Notes under the pieces: generated by a model
The model's input: the letters and a program-made list of their open reading frames with translations, nothing else
What the model was told of the DNA's origin: nothing
Database searches by the model: none
Position numbers and translations under genes: made by a program
Shown: positions 59,766 to 64,000 of the stretch, piece after piece
How the letters are laid out: each line of letters opens with the position of its first letter
How positions within the stretch are numbered: position 1 is the stretch's first letter
Origin: a bacterium
GTDB taxonomy: Bacteria; Zhuqueibacterota; Zhuqueibacteria; Residuimicrobiales; Krinioviventaceae
NCBI GenBank assembly: GCA_963675755.2
Contig: CAXXMD010000002.1
Span: 1,632,001 to 1,696,000 of the forward strand
Length of the DNA: 64,000 nt
Direction of reading: 5' to 3'

Positions 59766-60872
59766 TTACAAATAAAATTTAAAACCACCAAGCGCCTGAA
59801 ACCCGCTCAAGCCAACACTTTCCGTAGCGGCATTGATAGAACCAAAATAATAACGCAAATCCATATCGATATAAAACCGGTCTGTCAATTTGCGGTCACC
59901 TCCGCCTCCCAATCCGAATATGGTTGCACCGCCAATATCATACGCATTGTTTGAATAAATTCTGGATTCAATCACACCGGTTACACGAGTTGCAGGATTC
60001 AGTTTATAAAGACCGGTTGCACTCAACTCAAACTCGTTTCCATTACTGTTTTGACGTTCAGGGATCAATTCTCCCGAACCCGTCTGATTCTTACCCTGAA
60101 TACGATTGCGTGCAAGAAAAACCCATGATAAAAACTCGCGTTCCATTACCCACAAAGCCTGCAATGTTAAACGATTCCCGGATTTAAATACCTGAATATC
60201 ATTTGCCTGGTCTTTACCATAGATTGTATAACTGACGTCTATCATTAATTTATCATCACGACCCACAAAATAATCAATACCACCGGAAATAGAGAATTCA
60301 TCACCCGGATTATAATTAAAGTCATAATCACTGAACGGCTCATAAGCTCCCCGGTAAAGGAAACCGGCGCCAAAACCAAGTACCAGATCATTCCAGTTTT
60401 GCACCATAACAAATCCCGTGCTTACATCCAGGCCCTGGCCTAACAAGGGTGATTGAAAATTCAGAGCATGGTTGGCAAGTATATTGGCAACCGTATATTC
60501 TTCCTGATTTAGAGAACTTTTACCTAAAGGCAGGTTCACACCAAAGGTTAACAGCATAACCTCGTTGTTAAATAAATATGAACCTCTTATTCGGGTATCA
60601 GACATTCCACCCAGCTTGGTTTCGGTTTGTGTAATCAATGTACTGAATGCAGGAGAGGTAATAACATCCAGTTTCAGTTGGTCATTAACAGAATAAGCAA
60701 ACGTAACCGGAATTGACATTTGCTCTACCTGATCATCTCCGGCGCTCCAGTATTGATATCCAACTTTGGCAGAAGCAGTACGATACTGCTGAAAAGATTG
60801 AACACCCACTTGTGAAAAAGCTACAGAACAGGAAAAGAGAAAAATCATCAATATATAAAACCATCTATTCAT
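59766..60872 (-). CDS. Outer-membrane beta-barrel protein
   Basis: Signal peptide from MNRWF; GMSDTRIR, GVNLPLGK, PGDE strands; C-terminal GGFKFYL. Confidence 0.72.
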   Translation of the reverse strand: MNRWFYILMIFLFSCSVAFSQVGVQSFQQYRTASAKVGYQYWSAGDDQVEQMSIPVTFAYSVNDQLKLDVITSPAFSTLITQTETKLGGMSDTRIRGSYLFNNEVMLLTFGVNLPLGKSSLNQEEYTVANILANHALNFQSPLLGQGLDVSTGFVMVQNWNDLVLGFGAGFLYRGAYEPFSDYDFNYNPGDEFSISGGIDYFVGRDDKLMIDVSYTIYGKDQANDIQVFKSGNRLTLQALWVMEREFLSWVFLARNRIQGKNQTGSGELIPERQNSNGNEFELSATGLYKLNPATRVTGVIESRIYSNNAYDIGGATIFGLGGGGDRKLTDRFYIDMDLRYYFGSINAATESVGLSGFQALGGFKFYL

Positions 60873-60888
60873 CACATCAACTCTCAAA

Positions 60889-62307
60889 TTATGGTTGCAC
60901 TACAGGAATTGGTATTTTTAATGTTATAGGTGCCGAAGATCCGAATGTTGTAGCATTTTCTTCGGTAGTGGCTTCACGTGACTCAACACCCGGTAAAAAT
61001 CCGGATGATACACTCAAAGCGGTACGGTCAAGACGGCTTCCTAAAGCGTCAGTAATTGAAGCATCTGAGCCTGTATTAGAAGAGGATGTTTTTCTTGTAG
61101 CTTTTACAGACTTGTTAGCTTGAGATCCTTTGCCTCCTCGACCTCCACGGGCAGTCACTGCGGCATATTTCGGTTTTTGAGTTCCTGCTGTTTTTTGATA
61201 ATTTGAATATGCCTGAGAACGTTCAATTCCCTGGGTAGCAGCAGTAAAACCGGGATCTTTGGTCAATGCAGCTTTGTAGCTCAACTCGGCCTGGTCAAAC
61301 AGCCCTCTGTCCTCCTGATCGAGCGCTTTACAATAATACATATAAGCGACGAGATTTTTAGTCGGAACACGTTCAATGGCCCGCCGTTCCTGAGGACTGA
61401 TCTTTATTCCCATTTCATCGATTATATTAAAAACCATATCTTTTTCAAGTTTGAACAATTCACGCAAACTACCGGCAGCATTGGTGGTGGTAGTTAATCC
61501 ACCGCCTTTAATATTGGTAATTCCGGCATCCACCCGCAATTGATTATTATCCAGTTGTGTCAAGGTACCCTGAACAACTTTGGATGCACCCAGCAATTTA
61601 CCAAACCGGGCTGCAGTGGCTTCATCAACAACGCCTGCCTGGCTCATCCCCATTTCTTCCATCAGGGTTTGCAAACGCGCGCGTTCTACAACGGTTAGCC
61701 CTTCAATCTGCGACAAATCGGTTATCAGCATCTCGGTTAAACCTTTTTGCAGCGGAGTTAATGCACCGGACTTGTTCATGTTGAGAAAATACAAAACCGC
61801 AATGGCATTGTCCGGTATGGAAGCAACTTCTAGTTGATCTTCCTGGGTCAAGGTCTTTTGCAGTTCCTGTTTGAGCCGCAATTTTACAAGTGCAACCAAC
61901 CTTTTTTCTAACTGTTGACGAAAAGGGTTCAATGGAGAAAGATTTACATAATTTTTATAAAGTGCAATAGCTTCTTTCAACTGTCCCGCTTCTTCATAAA
62001 CCTGACCGAGATAATAAGACACAACAGGATCATCCGGGTTTTTCAGCGCTGCAATCTTTAACAAACGCAGGGCAATCTTGCTATTCCCCTTGTGATACAA
62101 TGCAATTCCCAGATCCCGAATAGCATCGATATTTTTAGGATTCTCTCCAACCGCTTGTTTCAATTCTCGAATGGCCTGATTATAATTTTCATCTTTTAAA
62201 GCCTGTTGCCCCCGTGAATAATAGGTAGAGGCACAACCGGACAGCAATATGATTATGAGCGGCAGTAAAACATATTTTAAATATTTGAAATTCATCATGT
62301 TGATCAC
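60889..62307 (-). CDS. TPR lipoprotein with CsgG/HfaB (TolB-N-like) domain
   Basis: Lipobox LSGC; TPRs; IAVLYF.N..LQKGLTEMLITDLSQI..VVERARLQ.L..E..AARFGKLLGA..VVQG. Confidence 0.82.
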   Translation of the reverse strand: MINMMNFKYLKYVLLPLIIILLSGCASTYYSRGQQALKDENYNQAIRELKQAVGENPKNIDAIRDLGIALYHKGNSKIALRLLKIAALKNPDDPVVSYYLGQVYEEAGQLKEAIALYKNYVNLSPLNPFRQQLEKRLVALVKLRLKQELQKTLTQEDQLEVASIPDNAIAVLYFLNMNKSGALTPLQKGLTEMLITDLSQIEGLTVVERARLQTLMEEMGMSQAGVVDEATAARFGKLLGASKVVQGTLTQLDNNQLRVDAGITNIKGGGLTTTTNAAGSLRELFKLEKDMVFNIIDEMGIKISPQERRAIERVPTKNLVAYMYYCKALDQEDRGLFDQAELSYKAALTKDPGFTAATQGIERSQAYSNYQKTAGTQKPKYAAVTARGGRGGKGSQANKSVKATRKTSSSNTGSDASITDALGSRLDRTALSVSSGFLPGVESREATTEENATTFGSSAPITLKIPIPVVQP

Positions 62308-62993
62308 TTGGCTTTCAATTCCTGAATTTTTTGAGTAGCTTTGGAAAACTGTTTATTCTTTTTCAGCGCGCGTTCATACATCTTAATCGCGTTTTTAACA
62401 TCACCCGCATCTTCGTACTCGAGCCCTCTGGCATAAAACAACGATGCTTCAAAATTGGTATTATCTACATCCCGTAATTTGGCAATTTCGGCCTTGGAAA
62501 TACGAACATCAAGATCTTTGATCACTTTGGCAACCAAACGGGTTACAAGTTTGTATAAATCTTTGGGTTTACCGGTTTCTTCTTCAGCTTTAATGGTAAT
62601 TCCGGTCTCAACTTCAACAATGCGAACATCTATACGCATTTTACCGTCAAACATGTGCATAAAAGAACCGAGCACCAGATTTTGAGCTCCTAATAGCTTG
62701 CCAACCTGTTGTGCAGAATTGGGATCAAGCATACCGCTTTGTCCCAGGGACATTTCCTGAAACAACTGCTCCAATTGCCCACGTTCAACCATCTGGAATT
62801 GTTCAATTTTGGAAAACTCTGTTGAAAGCATGTCTGCTAATCCCTTTTTCAGGGGATCCATCTCTTCACGTTTATCCAGACTGTTGTTTTCAAAATACAA
62901 AACTGCCATGGTGCGTTTACCGGTGGTTTGTCCCAAAACCGGTAATGAACACAGCAAAACCAAAATCAAAAAAGAAACTGCAAACTTTTTCAT
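62304..62993 (-). CDS. Secreted CsgG/HfaB-domain protein with C-terminal TPR
   Basis: Signal peptide; AVLYFENN..KGLADML...VERGQL..E..AQQVGKLLGA..LVLGSF..RIDVRIVEVETG. Confidence 0.82.
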   Translation of the reverse strand: MKKFAVSFLILVLLCSLPVLGQTTGKRTMAVLYFENNSLDKREEMDPLKKGLADMLSTEFSKIEQFQMVERGQLEQLFQEMSLGQSGMLDPNSAQQVGKLLGAQNLVLGSFMHMFDGKMRIDVRIVEVETGITIKAEEETGKPKDLYKLVTRLVAKVIKDLDVRISKAEIAKLRDVDNTNFEASLFYARGLEYEDAGDVKNAIKMYERALKKNKQFSKATQKIQELKAK

Positions 62994-63009
62994 AAACTAC
63001 ATTCCTATC

Positions 63010-64000
63010 TTAAACAAGACTCTTCAATTTCTGAATTTGTTTATCATTGCCCAAAGACAATAATTTATCATCTTTATCTAAAACTGTATATCCCGGAGGA
63101 TTGATCTCCATGGTTCTGTCTTTTTTTTCAATACCAATGATCATGGCGCCTTCTGTATCTCGTTTGATATAAGATTCATCAAGACGTTTTCCAATCAATT
63201 TGCTATTTTCTGATATAGCCATCTTTTCCAATCGCAAACCATAATCTGCGGCTTGGTTAAAAGAATCCATAAACTCTACCACATCAGGATTAATCAATAA
63301 CGAAGCCATACGCCTTCCACCAATTTCAAAAGGCGATACAACCTTGTCAGCACCCGCCAAAATCATTTTTTTACGAGAGGCATCATCTACACCACGGGCA
63401 ATAATACGTATTTTGGAATTCAATGCCCTTGCGGTCAATACCAGATACACATTGGCAGCATCATCAGAGATAGCGCTAATAAGGCCACTGGCATTCTGAA
63501 TACCGCTTTTTAACAAAATATCATCATCTGTGGCCTCTCCTATTGCGGCAATATACCCCATACCCAAAGCAGTGTCTATTTTATCATCATCCGTATCAAT
63601 AACAATAAACTCTTTATTTGCGTTTATCAATTGCTCGCATACTGATCGTCCAATTTTACCAAAACCGCAGACAATAATATGTTCTTGTAAACCCGTTATT
63701 GCTTTAACCATTTGTCTTCCTTTTAATAAATCTAAAAGGTGCCCTTGCACAAAAAAAGCTGCTATATTACCTATTGCATACCCGCCAATACCAATACCTA
63801 AAAAGATCATCAGCATGGTAAACAACCGACCGCCATCACTCAACTCTACAACTTCGTGAAAACCTACGGTAGCAATCGTGATAACCGTCATATACAACGC
63901 ATCAAGCAGCGGGATTTTTTCAATGATCCGATAACCCATAGTGCCGGTAACCAAGACAGCCAAAATGAGGAATGCCGCATAGATCAAACGCCTGAATGTT
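63010..64000 (-). CDS. RCK-gated potassium channel family protein (Ion_trans_2 + TrkA_N + TrkA_C); 5' end may lie beyond the window
   Basis: DALYMTVITIATVGF pore region; HIIVCGFGKIG Rossmann motif; AGADKVVSP; frame stays open to the window edge. Confidence 0.9.
   Translation of the reverse strand, partial: TFRRLIYAAFLILAVLVTGTMGYRIIEKIPLLDALYMTVITIATVGFHEVVELSDGGRLFTMLMIFLGIGIGGYAIGNIAAFFVQGHLLDLLKGRQMVKAITGLQEHIIVCGFGKIGRSVCEQLINANKEFIVIDTDDDKIDTALGMGYIAAIGEATDDDILLKSGIQNASGLISAISDDAANVYLVLTARALNSKIRIIARGVDDASRKKMILAGADKVVSPFEIGGRRMASLLINPDVVEFMDSFNQAADYGLRLEKMAISENSKLIGKRLDESYIKRDTEGAMIIGIEKKDRTMEINPPGYTVLDKDDKLLSLGNDKQIQKLKSLV

Noticed and set aside
63850-63880. Non-canonical K+ filter TVGFHE as a novelty
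   Set aside because: TVGF.E variants are common in prokaryotic RCK-type channel proteins

Overview
64-kb bacterial chromosome segment from a Gram-negative, probably FCB-group organism. KSB1/Calditrichota-like is an inference from several secreted proteins ending in a 'YPNPFNP' FlgD/T9SS-type domain, GWxTD-family proteins, lapA/lapB and scpAB. A minus-strand housekeeping core (accA, HNH, scpA/scpB, rluB, cmk, ispH, rpsA, lapA/lapB, M1 peptidase, uxaC, APC permease, hppA) is interleaved with accessory blocks. Main points: (1) a six-gene + strand operon (41.6-49.8 kb) encoding a His-rich membrane protein, three exported multiheme cytochromes (20+25+10 = 55 CxxCH by manual count), an outer-membrane beta-barrel and a membrane-anchored ferredoxin/NAD(P)H flavoprotein, which looks like a complete non-Mtr NAD(P)H-to-surface electron conduit; (2) a tRNA-His/tRNA-Glu pair followed by five terminator + pseudo-tRNA-Glu repeats with compensatory stem changes, plus an orphan copy about 4.2 kb away that brackets a D-amino-acid catabolic islet; (3) an AT-rich, repeat-punctuated array of small beta-barrel and immunity-like genes at 11-17.5 kb; (4) tandem GWxTD paralogues with a homogenised 3' end; (5) a CsgG/TPR/beta-barrel envelope cluster. 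No CRISPR array, integrase, transposase or rRNA was seen. All calls come from reading motifs by eye; no database searches were run.
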